The notes beneath the pieces were generated by a model that saw nothing but the letters and a program-made list of their open reading frames with translations, did not search any database and had not been told where the DNA came from. The position numbers and the translations under genes were made by a program. 64,000 bases of DNA from Raillietiella orientalis (taxonomy: Eukaryota). The first letter of the stretch is position 1. Each line of letters opens with the position of its first letter. The DNA lies in the NCBI GenBank assembly GCA_036172245.1, contig JAYWIR010000013.1, positions 3,720,001 through 3,784,000 of the forward strand. Reading direction: 5' to 3'. Of this stretch, positions 62,674 to 64,000 are shown piece by piece.

Positions 62674-64000
62674 CACCCAGTCACAACAGGGCGTTTATTT
62701 ATAAGATAAACATACACGTCTGTGGCAGGACGTTTGATCCTGCCACGTTACTTATAACTACGAGAAGCAATCTGACGGGAACTGGCACGTGGGCCAGCGC
62801 GGTTCGCCTCGGCAGCACAGGGGACGAGGAAGCAAACAAAAAGAAAAAAAATAAAACAAAAAACATGAAGTCGAAAAAATGGCGGGGGGGAGGGGTCGGG
62901 AAGGGATCACTGTGTGCTGGAGGGTGTCCTCTGCATCCTTTTAAGGATGCCTACAAGTTCCCGTTTCAAGACTCTTGACGGGCCATCTTGACGCCATCCT
63001 CATGAAGAGCATAGATGGCGTCCCTGTTGTTCTGACCCCTTCTGGCGTTGTTCCATGCGGCCACGATCCCGCGTGGGTAGCAAACCACTCACATACCCCG
63101 TGTCCAATGATGCCGTGGGCGATGCGCAGGAGACCCCAGTGTCTCCAAGGTCGGGCGAATCGTTGCGCATCCCATAGCAAGTCCCGGTTCCTGATCAAAG
63201 GAGCCATGACCTCGCGTGCCTGGCACTGCCAGTTTTTGCCATACTCATGAAGCCTCGCGCACTGGAAAAGAACAGTCCTTCTCGGGTTCTGAGAGAGATT
63301 TCTCAGCTTCCCGGCGTTGCCGCAGAATTTTCAGGGCAGATTTTTTCTCCTCAGTGTCCTTCAGCTCGTGATTCGAATTCTGCAGCGACACTCTGATGGA
63401 GACTTCCTGGAATGGCGCACCGAACAGAGCTAAACTTCAAATGCTTCCAGGGTAGCTCGTATACGGAAGTCAGCGAACGGTGAAGAGAGTTGTTGGAGAG
63501 GGAGGATGTTCCCGTTTTCTGTCCTGACTGGCGATTCGTTTCCGAGGGAGCGTTTTTTTCCTCCCCATGTGTGGACAAGGGTCTGCCTCCTGGAGACCAA
63601 TTCGCGCGACAAGGAATTGTCTTTTGAAACGAAAACAACAACAACAAAAAAAAGCATCTAAATTTCAAGGTCCCGGTTGAAACTGGACTAGGAAGCAGGG
63701 ATCACGGCGTTCATCCAGACTGCGAGATAGCATCCGCTGCAGCATCCAGGAGGATCGTTCGAAAAACACGAATGATCCCGCAGGTTTCTTGAGACTTCAG
63801 GGAGCAGTTCGACGAGCAGAACGTTTGGCTGAGACGCGAGCTTGAGATGCGCGAGTCCGCAAGTGGTGCTTTTGAAAGACGTGGTGAGCATTCCGCCTGA
63901 GAGAACTGCGAGCCAATACAAAGAGTCACAGAATGACCACGGGCTGCACAGAGTGGGCGAAACGAGCAGGGCGCACGAGCTTCGGGAATCTGTGAAGCGC
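62674..64000 (-). mobile_element. Decayed L1/Tx1-like LINE 3' portion (copy 6), probably running off the window end
   Basis: Reverse strand CGCGGGATCGTGGCCGCATGGAACAACGCCAGAAGGGGTCAGAACAACAGGGACGCCATC aligns with 28129-28189. It has CAGTGATCCCTTCCC and the terminal AATAAACGCCCTGTTGTGACTGGGTG. Confidence 0.8.

Overview
Animal (probably arthropod-like invertebrate) nuclear DNA with two contrasting halves. Positions ~1-21 kb are a compact, fairly AT-rich, CpG-poor cluster of spliced housekeeping genes whose introns are mostly 39-56 bp. They are transketolase (first exon not found), THOC7 (convergent, only 11 bp between the two stop codons), a three-finger matrin-type zinc-finger gene, an aldo-keto reductase and protein phosphatase inhibitor-2. 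Positions ~21-64 kb are a GC/CpG-rich gene desert containing one KLF1/2/4-type transcription factor gene. It is embedded in heavily decayed L1/Tx1-like non-LTR retrotransposon fragments in both orientations, plus one mariner-derived fold-back element. Most ORFs in the supplied track beyond 21 kb are GC-rich noise or broken TE frames. The most notable signals are: six LINE 3' ends that finish in an AATAAA-like motif plus a conserved hairpin with no poly(A) tail; the TKT/THOC7 tail-to-tail overlap; a mariner element whose two arms both derive from the transposase 3' end; a ~40-bp hairpin tandem array; and a possible micro-exon chain. All calls come from manual reading and remembered family motifs; no database searches were run.
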